Shown: positions 27,046-36,269 of the stretch, piece after piece | How the letters are laid out: the number at the start of each line of letters is the position of its first letter | Numbering within the stretch: position 1 is the first letter of the stretch | Sequence record: PZ379176.1 | DNA: 64,000 bases | DNA from: a phage | Strand: one strand, 5' to 3' | Notes under the pieces: generated by a model | Databases searched by the model: none | Told to the model about the DNA's origin: nothing | Seen by the model: only the letters and a program-made list of their open reading frames with translations | Program-made: the position numbers and the translations under genes

Positions 27046-27238
27046 GAAAAGACAGGCTCTTCGGAGACTTGAAGCCAAGTATTTAATGTTACGGTGCAAA
27101 ATCAACCGACATGAACGTTTCGTTGAAGCTGCACAAACCAAAAACTTTGAATCATCAGTGGAGATGTTCAAGACCCAACTTTCTTTTTATAGGAAAGAAC
27201 AGGAACAAGTGTGGGATGAAATTCGTTCGTTCTACTAA
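27035..27238 (+). CDS. hypothetical small protein
   Basis: ORF track; start uncertain. Confidence 0.3.
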   Translation: MNLEKRQALRRLEAKYLMLRCKINRHERFVEAAQTKNFESSVEMFKTQLSFYRKEQEQVWDEIRSFY

Positions 27239-27264
27239 GCTCAAGGATTCCAAGGAGGAAGAGC

Positions 27265-29055
27265 ATGTCAAAGATCATTTTGGGAGACACAGGTTGTAAG
27301 GAATGTATCTCTCATGGTCGTGATAAAACCCACAACCACATGATTCTCTTCCGTAACGAAGAGACTGGTGAGGAGTGGGGAAGTTGTAACCGTTGTGGGA
27401 ATTACGAAGTGTTCGAAAAGGGCACTACACCTACTCCAAACGAGAAGAAAGAGTTATCCCCTGAAGAGTTGAGAGAAGTCTTAGATGATTGCTTAGAGCT
27501 TCCTCAGGGTGAACTTACTCGCCGTTTAATCCCTAAAGCTGTATCAGAGCGGTTTGAGTGTCGTATTGGCCTCAGTCAAACTGATGGTCAGACACCAGAC
27601 AGTTACTTCTTTCCTCGTGAACGTGATGGAAACATTGTCGGATATGAGGTTAAGCTGCTAGATAGTAAGAAGTTCTATTACGTCGGCAGTGTTAAAGAAG
27701 CAGATTTGTTCGGTATGGCACAAGCCCAACGTGGAGATGTGTACAACAAGAAGCTCTTCATTTTTGAAGACCCGCTATCCTGTATGTCAGGTTTCCATGT
27801 CCTTACAGCTTTTACAAATGCAACAAACATTAAACCAGCATGTGTTTCTTTACCGTTCGGTGCAGGTTCAATCTCTTCTGTGTTGTCTCGTAATCGAGAC
27901 TTCGTAAACGGTTTTGAGGAGGTTGTGCTCTGCATGGACAACGATGATGCAGGTGAGATAGCTTTAACAAAAGGTCGTTCTTTATTCCCTCATGTTAAGT
28001 TTGCTCGTATTCCTAAAGGAACTTTCCCATACAACGGTGTGGAGAAAGAGATTAAGGATGCGAATGACATGCTTCTGTCTGGTCGTGGTCAAGAGTTATT
28101 CAACATTCTCAAATATTCAGCAAAGCGGGAATCTCCTGCTGGTGCTGTAACAATCTTTGATTGCCTTGATGATGCTCTGAAGAAAGCGGAGTGGGGTATT
28201 CCCTATCCGTGGAAAACTCTTAATGAGATGACCTTCGGTATTCGATGGGGAGAGGTGGTAGCAATTGGTGGTGGAGTAGGGAGTGGTAAAACACTCATTG
28301 CTCACGAGCTGGTTGCTCATCTGTGCTTAGAGCATGGTTTTAATGGAGGTGGCTTCTTCTTGGAAGAGAAGGTAGGCATGTCTGTTAAGAACATCGCTGG
28401 TAAGTCAGCATCAATTCCTTTCCACCGACCTGATGTTGAATATGATGAGGAGGATTTGCGTAATGAAGCACTTCGTTATGCAGACAAATTCTTCTTGTAT
28501 GACAACTTCGGACAGAACGAATGGGAAGACATTAAACAGTGTATACGTTTCTGGGTAGTTGAAAACCAGTGTAAGTTTATCATCCTTGATAACATTACCG
28601 CTCTGGTGTCTCATTTAACTCCTTCAGAGATTAACACTGAAATCAGTAAGATTGCTTCCGAGCTTGCTGGTATGTGCAAAGAATTAGACTTTACCGCTTT
28701 CGTTCTATCTCACCTTAATGCTCCGGCAGGTGGTGCTCCTCATGAAGAAGGTGGACAGGTACGTGAAGTACAGTTCACTGGCTCTCGTTCTCTTATGCGT
28801 TGGTGTCAGTGTATCATTGGCTTTGAGCGTGACAAGCAAGCTGACGGCTTAGCTAAGAACCTCTCAGTCATTCGATTACTGAAAGAACGTAACTACGGTC
28901 AGACAGGTGTCTGTTATACTAAGTATATCAGTGAAACCGGTAGACTTGTAGAAAGGGAAGACTTTGAAGTTGATGAAGATAATCCATTCGTTTTAACTAA
29001 CGGAGAGGATGCAGCTTCTCTCGTCAACCAAGCAGATGGAGCTTCACCGTGGTAA
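27265..29055 (+). CDS. T7 gp4-type DNA primase-helicase
   Basis: N-terminal zinc ribbon CKEC...CNRCG, TOPRIM-like middle, Walker [10 protein letters not shown] and DnaB-like helicase motifs. Confidence 0.85.
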   Translation: MSKIILGDTGCKECISHGRDKTHNHMILFRNEETGEEWGSCNRCGNYEVFEKGTTPTPNEKKELSPEELREVLDDCLELPQGELTRRLIPKAVSERFECRIGLSQTDGQTPDSYFFPRERDGNIVGYEVKLLDSKKFYYVGSVKEADLFGMAQAQRGDVYNKKLFIFEDPLSCMSGFHVLTAFTNATNIKPACVSLPFGAGSISSVLSRNRDFVNGFEEVVLCMDNDDAGEIALTKGRSLFPHVKFARIPKGTFPYNGVEKEIKDANDMLLSGRGQELFNILKYSAKRESPAGAVTIFDCLDDALKKAEWGIPYPWKTLNEMTFGIRWGEVVAIGGGVGSGKTLIAHELVAHLCLEHGFNGGGFFLEEKVGMSVKNIAGKSASIPFHRPDVEYDEEDLRNEALRYADKFFLYDNFGQNEWEDIKQCIRFWVVENQCKFIILDNITALVSHLTPSEINTEISKIASELAGMCKELDFTAFVLSHLNAPAGGAPHEEGGQVREVQFTGSRSLMRWCQCIIGFERDKQADGLAKNLSVIRLLKERNYGQTGVCYTKYISETGRLVEREDFEVDEDNPFVLTNGEDAASLVNQADGASPW

Positions 29056-29606
29056 AGAAAAAGAAGAAAGTGTTTGCATTCGATATCGAGAGTAATGCAC
29101 TGTACGATGACATAACTAAAGTATGGTGTATTTATATCTTTGATGTTGAAACTGGTGAAAGGTGGGGCTATCGGCCTCACCAAATTGAAGATGGGATTCG
29201 TAAACTTACAGAAGCAGATGTACTAGTGGGTCATAATATTATTGACTTCGACTTACCTGCTCTGAAAAAGATGTATCCTTCTTTGATTAAATATAATTTT
29301 AACGTCTTTGACACTTTATGTCTTAGTCGATATCTTAAACCTGACCGTATTGGTGACAGTCCTGAGTATCCGAAAGGCGACCCTAGACGTGGCCCAAGAG
29401 GTCATGGTTTGAAGCAATGGGGTGAGTTCTTAGAGGAACTTAAAGGTGACTACGGTGAGCAAGAGGAAGCATGGGATGCTTTCACTGAAGATATGTTTAC
29501 TTATTGTGAACAGGACGTTAACTTAACTGTTAAGGTTTATCTTTTCTTGTGTGAACTCACGGGATTTGACCCTTACGACCCACCTTCATTATATTGGAAA
29601 ATGTAA
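29049..29606 (+). CDS. DNA polymerase 3-prime to 5-prime exonuclease domain (T7 gp5-like N-terminal part) as separate ORF
   Basis: [10 protein letters not shown] and YRPHQ...[17 protein letters not shown] parallel the T7 gp5 N-terminus; GTG start overlaps primase-helicase stop. Confidence 0.8.
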   Translation: MVKKKKKVFAFDIESNALYDDITKVWCIYIFDVETGERWGYRPHQIEDGIRKLTEADVLVGHNIIDFDLPALKKMYPSLIKYNFNVFDTLCLSRYLKPDRIGDSPEYPKGDPRRGPRGHGLKQWGEFLEELKGDYGEQEEAWDAFTEDMFTYCEQDVNLTVKVYLFLCELTGFDPYDPPSLYWKM

Positions 29607-29607
29607 A

Positions 29608-30921
29608 ATGATTGTTATCCCGATTAACCAAATTGAAGATAAGGTTGCTCAACAACCTGATATCACTGTTGGTCGTCACTTCATTGAACAATTGATTAAC
29701 AACAACTTGATTCCAGATGGTATCTGTCCCATCATTACTGGTGGGGCTGTTCGTGATGCTGTCCTTAATAACATAGCTCCACATGACATTGATATCTTTA
29801 TTGTCAGAGGACAAACACCAAGAACTCAAAACACTTTCATCCCAACTGATCGTTGGCAAGAGCTTGGACGGGAGATTGAAAGTAATGTGAAGGAATGGCT
29901 AGAGTCACAAGATATTGAATATGCATCACTTCTTGCTGAAGCTACAAACGAATCCTATGCTGGGGGTTCTCAATTAACATTCACTGATATTATTGAGTTT
30001 CAGTGGAATGGGGTTCGTATCCAATTCATGTTTAATTATCCTACTTCTATTGAAGAGGTATTGGATAATTTTCCTATGATGTGCCGTGGTGCGATGACTC
30101 TTGACAACTTATTCATGACTTCTCACGGATATTTGGCTATGACTTCCCCTTGTCCAGTGGTTGTCTATAGTCGTGAAATCAGGTATGTTCACAAGAAGTG
30201 GCCTAACTCACAAGTGTTGAGATTTTCCTCTCCAGCAGTTGCGCATCAATACATGGCCCAAACTCGATATCTTCCCACACCTCAGCCAGTTAGTCATCTA
30301 GTCAATGGATTAGGTCAGGTTTCTCTTATTGAAGATACAACAAGTGCTCTATATTGTGTTAACCAAGACATGAGTCGATTCTTTGGAATCCCTTATGAAG
30401 AGATTCAGATTATGTCTAGTCTTCACGGTTCTGGTCAGATTCATGCGTATTGGTCTGAGGGGTTGACAAATTTAACGACTAACACGGGTGGTGATCTGCT
30501 TGGTCGAGAAGAGGAACCTAACCGACACAATGCAATTGAAGGGGTGTTTGTAGCCCCTGCAATGCGTCGAGCACAAGAGTCACGAAGAGAAAGCCCTACT
30601 CGTAGAACATCTTTTGAAGAAGCTCTTGGTATTACAAGTGATTCTATGGAGCGATGGATGGCTAGACCCTCTCGTGGTCGACCAAACGGCTTAACTGTTA
30701 GCGCACGTCAGTTCTCTGGTCAGGGTTTCGCTGTTGGTGATATCAACGCCCCTTCTCGTGTTATCTGGACTGATGAAGGTATGGAACAAGATTTGGGAGA
30801 TAGTCTCGCTGATCGCTTTATTGCTAACAACCCTGAAGTATTAGAACCTCAAACCCGTACAGTTCGGTTTGCCGATGAAGCGGGTCGTGGAATCTCTTTT
30901 GACATGGAAACAAATAACTAA
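29608..30921 (+). CDS. pol-beta superfamily nucleotidyltransferase (CCA-adding / poly(A) polymerase head-domain-like)
   Basis: ITGGAVRDAVL...HDIDIFIV matches GG-x-VRD and D-x-D head motifs. Confidence 0.55.
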   Translation: MIVIPINQIEDKVAQQPDITVGRHFIEQLINNNLIPDGICPIITGGAVRDAVLNNIAPHDIDIFIVRGQTPRTQNTFIPTDRWQELGREIESNVKEWLESQDIEYASLLAEATNESYAGGSQLTFTDIIEFQWNGVRIQFMFNYPTSIEEVLDNFPMMCRGAMTLDNLFMTSHGYLAMTSPCPVVVYSREIRYVHKKWPNSQVLRFSSPAVAHQYMAQTRYLPTPQPVSHLVNGLGQVSLIEDTTSALYCVNQDMSRFFGIPYEEIQIMSSLHGSGQIHAYWSEGLTNLTTNTGGDLLGREEEPNRHNAIEGVFVAPAMRRAQESRRESPTRRTSFEEALGITSDSMERWMARPSRGRPNGLTVSARQFSGQGFAVGDINAPSRVIWTDEGMEQDLGDSLADRFIANNPEVLEPQTRTVRFADEAGRGISFDMETNN

Positions 30922-30930
30922 GGAATAAGA

Positions 30931-31464
30931 ATGAGTTTACTAGGAAGTATTGAACTGCATGATGTAATTGACAATGGCTATCTGGATGCGGAGCATAAGT
31001 ATGTTAACGCTGCTAGTGTGGATATCCGTATTGGTGATACTATCCTTGTTGAAGAACAGGCTGATGGCATCGTTGATATTGATGCGAAAGAGAATCTTCA
31101 GTGGAAGGAAGTAAAGATTCCTGAAGAGGGTTTGGTTATCACTCCGGGTCAGTTCTTCTTGGCTCACTCTATGGAGGAGTTTAATCTTCCAGATAACATC
31201 TCAAGTCTGTTTGTTCTGCGTTCGTCTATGGCTCGTTGTGGTTTGAACCACCTTCACGCCGGTTGGGCAGATGCAGGATTTAATAGTAGTAAGCTGACAT
31301 TTGAATTCCATAACGTAACCAAGCACCACAGCTTACGAGTTCGTGCTGGTATGCGTGTTGGTCAGATGGTTATGTTTGAGCACTCTCATGCAGGGGAACA
31401 TTCCTACGCAGTGAAGGGTCGTTATAATAACTCTGAAGGTGTGGTTGCATCTAAAGGTGTGTAA
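30931..31464 (+). CDS. dcd: dCTP deaminase
   Basis: ASVDIRIGD and HAGWADAGF motifs typical of the dCTP deaminase/dUTPase fold. Confidence 0.7.
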   Translation: MSLLGSIELHDVIDNGYLDAEHKYVNAASVDIRIGDTILVEEQADGIVDIDAKENLQWKEVKIPEEGLVITPGQFFLAHSMEEFNLPDNISSLFVLRSSMARCGLNHLHAGWADAGFNSSKLTFEFHNVTKHHSLRVRAGMRVGQMVMFEHSHAGEHSYAVKGRYNNSEGVVASKGV

Positions 31465-31662
31465 ATGAAAAAGTGGATTGTTCGTGTACATGATAACACG
31501 ACTGGAGAGTTAGTAGCTGTAGATTTTGTTAAGACTCGAGAGCACGCACGTAGGGTCAAAAATCAATACAAGTCTACTTTTAGACTTAATAAGGTTACAC
31601 TAGGAAAAGCTATCGTGAATAGTGAAGGTGCTTTTTGTGTCAACAGTAAGGTTTATTACTAA
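31465..31662 (+). CDS. small protein, tandem paralog 1 of 3
   Basis: 65 aa ending in YY; similar to next two ORFs. Confidence 0.45.
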   Translation: MKKWIVRVHDNTTGELVAVDFVKTREHARRVKNQYKSTFRLNKVTLGKAIVNSEGAFCVNSKVYY

Positions 31663-31871
31663 TGAGACCAATCACTATGAGAAAATTCTGGTTAGCGAAG
31701 ATTAAGTGGGCATCAGGTGGTATGACTATGACTGCACTCCCTACTCGTCAACAAGCTCGAGATTTTAAAAAGACTATGCTTACTGGTGACGTGGTTAATA
31801 GTATCAGCATCCATAAGGCCAAGGAGTATTCTTCTGGTCGTGTTTATATCAGCGGAAAGGTACATTACTAA
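31662..31871 (+). CDS. small protein, tandem paralog 2 of 3
   Basis: 69 aa ending in HY; TAATG overlap. Confidence 0.45.
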   Translation: MRPITMRKFWLAKIKWASGGMTMTALPTRQQARDFKKTMLTGDVVNSISIHKAKEYSSGRVYISGKVHY

Positions 31872-32080
31872 TGAAAAAGATGTGGGCTATTCATGTTGTT
31901 TGGGATCTTGAGCAACACATGAGAAAAGATAACATCAAATTGTTTGACACTCGCAAAGAGGCTCGTATTGCTAAGAAACAGTTGAAGACTCTGGGCACAA
32001 TAGTAAAAAGCGCTGACATACATCGCTGGTATGAAGACCCTAACACTGGTTCTTTTATGTCTAAAGTAATTTACTACTGA
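31871..32080 (+). CDS. small protein, tandem paralog 3 of 3
   Basis: 69 aa ending in YY; TAATG overlap. Confidence 0.45.
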   Translation: MKKMWAIHVVWDLEQHMRKDNIKLFDTRKEARIAKKQLKTLGTIVKSADIHRWYEDPNTGSFMSKVIYY

Positions 32081-32152
32081 TTGGTAGTAGATATGATAAC
32101 TCTCAAATGTATATAGAGTACAATAAGAATTTGTATTTTACAGGAGAGAGTT

Positions 32153-32482
32153 ATGTTAGATTTGAGTAAAGTGGCCCCGCCCACTGAAGAGATTACAAAA
32201 TCCAAGGTGATGCAACAGTTTTATCATCGTGATATGCTTGGTCGCTTTATCAAGAATCGTGATGTTGTTGCTTGGTCTATTGGTAATCAGGGATATCTGT
32301 TGAAGGTTCTTCAGGTTACAGGTTCAACTGCTAAGCGAGTTAAGGTGTATGACCCTGAAATGGGGCGTTCTAAGTCAGTAGACCCACAGAACTGCATCGT
32401 AATTACCCAGCAGGTAATGGATAATATTGCACGTAACGTTGCTAACTCAGTTGAACTTGATGGAGAAAACCCAAATGCATAA
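32153..32482 (+). CDS. hypothetical protein (109 aa)
   Basis: ORF track; SD GGAGAGAG. Confidence 0.45.
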   Translation: MLDLSKVAPPTEEITKSKVMQQFYHRDMLGRFIKNRDVVAWSIGNQGYLLKVLQVTGSTAKRVKVYDPEMGRSKSVDPQNCIVITQQVMDNIARNVANSVELDGENPNA

Positions 32483-33038
32483 GAATGTTTTTGATTTACC
32501 TGAGATTGGTCGTGACAGCTATAGCATGTTAGACCGGTCCGACCTATCAATCTCTCGCCTTGAAACAATGCAAGGCATGATTAGTGGAAACAGCCTAGAA
32601 CACATCCTGAGCTGCTTACAAGCTAACATGGAACTCTTGCATATCAAAGCTAAAAACTACCACTGGAACGTCTCTGGTGCAGGATTTCAGGGTGTTCATG
32701 GTATGTTTGATGAGCTGGAAGATTACGCACGACAGGTAGGAGATCGTATTGCTGAACGTATGCGTTACCACTGTGTTAAAGTGGATGCTACAGCAGCTAA
32801 TTATCTTTCTCATGCTTGGTTCTCAGAGGGGAATGCTGATCTAGACATGGACGGTATGCTCTCTGATATGTGCATGACCTTGATGTGTATTATTGAGAAG
32901 ATGGATGAGTTTGATGGTGATTTAGCCTCCTACCCTGTCGATCAGAGTATGCTTCAAGAAATTAATGAAGGTCTTGGCAAGTATTGCTACTTCGTCAAGA
33001 GCAACATGTCCCATTCAAGTGGTGACGTGTCTTACTAA
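32460..33038 (+). CDS. Dps-like ferritin-superfamily protein
   Basis: LQANMELLHIKAKNYHWNVSGAGFQGVHGMFDELEDY...DRIAER matches the Dps core signature; start at 32460 or 32475. Confidence 0.6.
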   Translation: MEKTQMHKNVFDLPEIGRDSYSMLDRSDLSISRLETMQGMISGNSLEHILSCLQANMELLHIKAKNYHWNVSGAGFQGVHGMFDELEDYARQVGDRIAERMRYHCVKVDATAANYLSHAWFSEGNADLDMDGMLSDMCMTLMCIIEKMDEFDGDLASYPVDQSMLQEINEGLGKYCYFVKSNMSHSSGDVSY

Positions 33039-33098
33039 AACCTCCGCCCTGTCTCCTAACCCGAGGTGGGGCGAACTTATTTATAAGGATATAGATAT

Positions 33099-33278
33099 AT
33101 GTTATCAGCAATCGTATGGGGTATTTGGGCTATCTTTATCGGTGGTGGTATTTATTGGGCTTCTGGTAAGCTTATTGAAGAAACTCCTGATAAGAAAGGT
33201 GAGATTCAAACAGCATCAACCATCATGGTTATCGTAGCTGTTGTTATCCCATTCCTGCTTCACCTCCTGACTGCATAA
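33099..33278 (+). CDS. small membrane protein (59 aa, two hydrophobic segments)
   Basis: ATG after AAGGA; below track cut-off. Confidence 0.3.
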   Translation: MLSAIVWGIWAIFIGGGIYWASGKLIEETPDKKGEIQTASTIMVIVAVVIPFLLHLLTA

Positions 33279-33286
33279 GGATTTAC

Positions 33287-33562
33287 ATGTCTAAAGTAAT
33301 TAAGTTTTATAGTGATCAGTGTGCTCCATGTAAAGCAATGGCTCCTACCTTTGAGAAGGTTGTTAAGGAGTTTGATGTAGAAGTGGAAGAGATTAACATC
33401 CTTGAAGGTGATGGTCGTGAACAAGCTGTTAAGTATGGTGTACGAAGCATCCCTGCTTTTGTTGTGCCTGACCGTAACAGTGGTGCACACTACAGCCTCT
33501 CCGGTATGCAGACTGAAGCAAACCTGAAAGCATTTTTGGACACAGCCCTGAGAAATAAGTAA
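33287..33562 (+). CDS. thioredoxin-like protein
   Basis: Active site CAPCK and cis-Pro-like SIPAF in thioredoxin-fold spacing. Confidence 0.7.
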   Translation: MSKVIKFYSDQCAPCKAMAPTFEKVVKEFDVEVEEINILEGDGREQAVKYGVRSIPAFVVPDRNSGAHYSLSGMQTEANLKAFLDTALRNK

Positions 33563-33577
33563 TAAGGATATTCACGG

Positions 33578-34234
33578 ATGAATGAACAACTACAAGCAAC
33601 ATTAATCGAAGCTATGGGAAGTGATCGTAGCGTAGTAAACGCAGCTCGAGTTTCCTTTGGCGTAACCCGTGAAGGTGATTTAAATGAACGTGATGAACGT
33701 CTCATCAACTTCCTCGCAAGAGAGAAGCATGTTACCCCATTCCGACACCCGCAAGTCAGTTTCCGATGCAAAGCACCTATCGCAATTGCAAGACAGTTGG
33801 GCAAGCATCAGGTTGGATTCTCGTGGAACGAAATGTCCCGGCGGTATAAAGATGGAGCAGTTGAAGTCTTCATCCCTAAAGAGATTTTTGCGAGACCTTC
33901 GGACCTCCATGCAGGTTCAGGGATTCAACTCATCGACGGAGAGCGAGCTGAAGCATTAATGTTAATTAACGATGCATATGAAGCTTCTCTAGCAGCATAT
34001 GACAAGTTGATTGAGTTTATTGCACCAGAGCAAGCTCGATTTGTTCTTCCTCAGGGGATGATCACTGAGTGGGTGTGGACCGGTTCTTTGTATGGCTGGT
34101 TTGAGTTGTGTCGTCAGCGACTCTCCTCTCACGCTCAATATGAAGTTCGAGTGTTTGCTAAATCTGTAGACGAAGAGATGTCTAAGATCTACCCAATCTC
34201 GTGGGCAGCTCTGAAGAAAACATTGGAGATTTAA
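33578..34234 (+). CDS. thyX: ThyX-like flavin-dependent thymidylate synthase homolog with divergent signature
   Basis: FRHPQVSF...LGKHQVGFSWNEMSRRY resembles the ThyX RHR-x7-S-x-RY region but has KHQ where RHR is expected. Confidence 0.55.
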   Translation: MNEQLQATLIEAMGSDRSVVNAARVSFGVTREGDLNERDERLINFLAREKHVTPFRHPQVSFRCKAPIAIARQLGKHQVGFSWNEMSRRYKDGAVEVFIPKEIFARPSDLHAGSGIQLIDGERAEALMLINDAYEASLAAYDKLIEFIAPEQARFVLPQGMITEWVWTGSLYGWFELCRQRLSSHAQYEVRVFAKSVDEEMSKIYPISWAALKKTLEI

Positions 34235-34380
34235 TATTGGAAGAAGATGACGACGTGTTCTGTACCAAGTGCGGAATGACAGTGGATGATGCATATGACC
34301 CAAGTGTAGAAATTTGTCCATGTTGCGGGGTATGTGAGTATTGCTGTTCTCATAATCCAGAGGATTAGCAGGAATTTCTG

Positions 34381-34614
34381 ATGAAAATCAAACATATTAC
34401 AGATATTCAGGAGGCATTTAGGATGCTTCCTCGAAGAGAGAAGGATAAGATTAAAAAGCTTATTCAAGTTTATGGTCATACATCTAAAGATGATGTAGAC
34501 TATATGCCTTCTACTTTCGTAGAGTGTGGGATTGCTCGCGGTTTCACATTCGACCATAAAGTATTTCAGCAATTCGTTGACCACTGGAGAAAAGATGGAA
34601 AAGAAAGTCTGTAG
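34381..34614 (+). CDS. hypothetical small protein
   Basis: ORF track. Confidence 0.4.
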   Translation: MKIKHITDIQEAFRMLPRREKDKIKKLIQVYGHTSKDDVDYMPSTFVECGIARGFTFDHKVFQQFVDHWRKDGKESL

Positions 34615-34780
34615 CTTCTGTAAGAAAGAGAAACCTATCGCCAACTTCAAACCTAACCCTGTAACCGGTCTGACCCATGTCATGTGCCACTCTTGCAGGA
34701 TATATCTTGAAACAAAGCACACTATCAATAGGTTGCACTATTATCACCCAACAACATTCAAATTTAAGGTTGTGAAATGA
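34595..34780 (+). CDS. small zinc-ribbon-like protein
   Basis: CSFC...CHSC; ATG at 34595 in track frame. Confidence 0.4.
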   Translation: MEKKVCSFCKKEKPIANFKPNPVTGLTHVMCHSCRIYLETKHTINRLHYYHPTTFKFKVVK

Positions 34781-35100
34781 TTGACAGTAATACATTTAGG
34801 ACTTCAAATGGAAGTGAAATAAGTCCCGCTGAAGTAATCAATCGGCATAGAAGGCAATTGATCATCCATTCCTATTTGTATTACTGGTTGGATGACCCTA
34901 TCTGGTCTGATGATAAATGGCAACAAGTTGCTAATGATCTAGTGGAGCTGCAAGCTCTGTATCCAGAACCTACTGGAGTCTTTGACAACGAGTTTAAAGA
35001 TTGGGATGGTTCTACAGGTATGCATCTCCCACATAACGAAGCTGTTGCTTGTATGGCGACAGCTGTTTACAGACTTCATAAAGAGGTTAACGTCGCATGA
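34777..35100 (+). CDS. hypothetical protein (107 aa)
   Basis: ORF track; ATGA overlap. Confidence 0.45.
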   Translation: MIDSNTFRTSNGSEISPAEVINRHRRQLIIHSYLYYWLDDPIWSDDKWQQVANDLVELQALYPEPTGVFDNEFKDWDGSTGMHLPHNEAVACMATAVYRLHKEVNVA

Positions 35101-35297
35101 GCGTAGTTTATGTTCTAGAAAGATACGCTGAAGATCACAACAGTATTGTTGCCATATTTAAACATGCCCCGGATGTTGAGGACATTTTGAATGTGACTCA
35201 CTTAACTGATGTTGATAAAATCAAAGACCTCATCAGGAATGACAATGCCCACATAGGTGACTCTCTGTGGTCTCTTACTGAATGGACATTGTGGTGA
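35097..35297 (+). CDS. hypothetical small protein
   Basis: ORF track; overlap. Confidence 0.4.
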   Translation: MSVVYVLERYAEDHNSIVAIFKHAPDVEDILNVTHLTDVDKIKDLIRNDNAHIGDSLWSLTEWTLW

Positions 35298-35479
35298 AGT
35301 GCTCTAAATGTGAAGGAACAAACCTTCATTTAAGTAACAAGGTTATCAGAGAGCTTGCTAAAGGCTCTCCAACCAAAGGGAAGAACAAACGATTTACTAA
35401 CGTCAGGGTTTATACAGCAATCTGTAAAGACTGCTTAACTACTGAGTGTCATTACGAAGAAATTGGAGAGCGTAAATGA
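35282..35479 (+). CDS. small zinc-ribbon-like protein
   Basis: CSKCEG...CKDC. Confidence 0.4.
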   Translation: MDIVVKCSKCEGTNLHLSNKVIRELAKGSPTKGKNKRFTNVRVYTAICKDCLTTECHYEEIGERK

Positions 35480-36213
35480 GTCGTCGTCAATCACGGAAAG
35501 AATCACGGAAAGACCTTCGTCGGGAAGCACTTGTTACTCGTAAAGGTAAGCGAGAGTATGAAGAGGTGGTTTTAGCAAAGCCTGTAGTCCCTCAGAACCA
35601 GTTTCAGTCTGAGCTACTCAATGCTATTAAGACTAAACAAGTTGTGTTCACAGACGCTCCTGCGGGCTGTGGTAAGACCTTTGTAATCACTTCCACAGTT
35701 ATTGATGCACTGAAGAGCGGTAAGATTCAGAAGATCATTCTGAGTCGCCCTTCGGTTGGCATGGGCAACTCTCTTGGGTTACTTCCGGGAGGAATGCGTG
35801 AGAAGTTTGAACCATACCTGATGCCTATCATTGATGTTATTACTCAGCGATATGGTAAGGGATTCTATGAATGCCAAATCGGAAATGGTAACATTGAGTT
35901 TGTACCTCTGGAATATCTCCGTGGTCGTTCTTTCAATGATGCTATTGTTATTGTTGATGAGTTCCAGAACACAACTAAGGATGAAGCCTTCTCCATCATG
36001 ACTCGATTGGGAGAAACCTCTCAATTGTTCTGTATGGGTGATACAAACCAGCATGATATGCGTGGTCGCGAGAGTGGTCTAACTTGGGCTACTAACTTTA
36101 TTGATGAACACGATCTGTATGAGTTTGCTGAGATTGTAGATGGTGAATCAGATGATATTGTTCGTTCTGGTTTCTGTAAGGCGATTGTTAAAGCAATGGA
36201 AAAGAAAGCTTAA
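35476..36213 (+). CDS. phoH: PhoH-like P-loop ATPase
   Basis: Walker A APAGCGKTF and downstream IVDEFQN / MGDTNQ motifs. Confidence 0.75.
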   Translation: MSRRQSRKESRKDLRREALVTRKGKREYEEVVLAKPVVPQNQFQSELLNAIKTKQVVFTDAPAGCGKTFVITSTVIDALKSGKIQKIILSRPSVGMGNSLGLLPGGMREKFEPYLMPIIDVITQRYGKGFYECQIGNGNIEFVPLEYLRGRSFNDAIVIVDEFQNTTKDEAFSIMTRLGETSQLFCMGDTNQHDMRGRESGLTWATNFIDEHDLYEFAEIVDGESDDIVRSGFCKAIVKAMEKKA

Positions 36214-36224
36214 ACAGTAACTTA

Positions 36225-36233
36225 TAATGTATA
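36225..36233 (+). promoter_or_regulatory. TAATGTATA motif (candidate phage-specific promoter element)
   Basis: Exact 9-mer 37 nt upstream of ATG 36270. Confidence 0.4.
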
Positions 36234-36269
36234 CTCCTTAGTGTACACTGATATATTAAGGAGTTCTAA

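Noticed and set aside
34231-34728. 165-aa minus-strand ORF inside the plus-strand block
   Set aside because: Lies antisense to a run of coupled plus-strand ORFs with good SD sequences; composition and position fit a shadow ORF.
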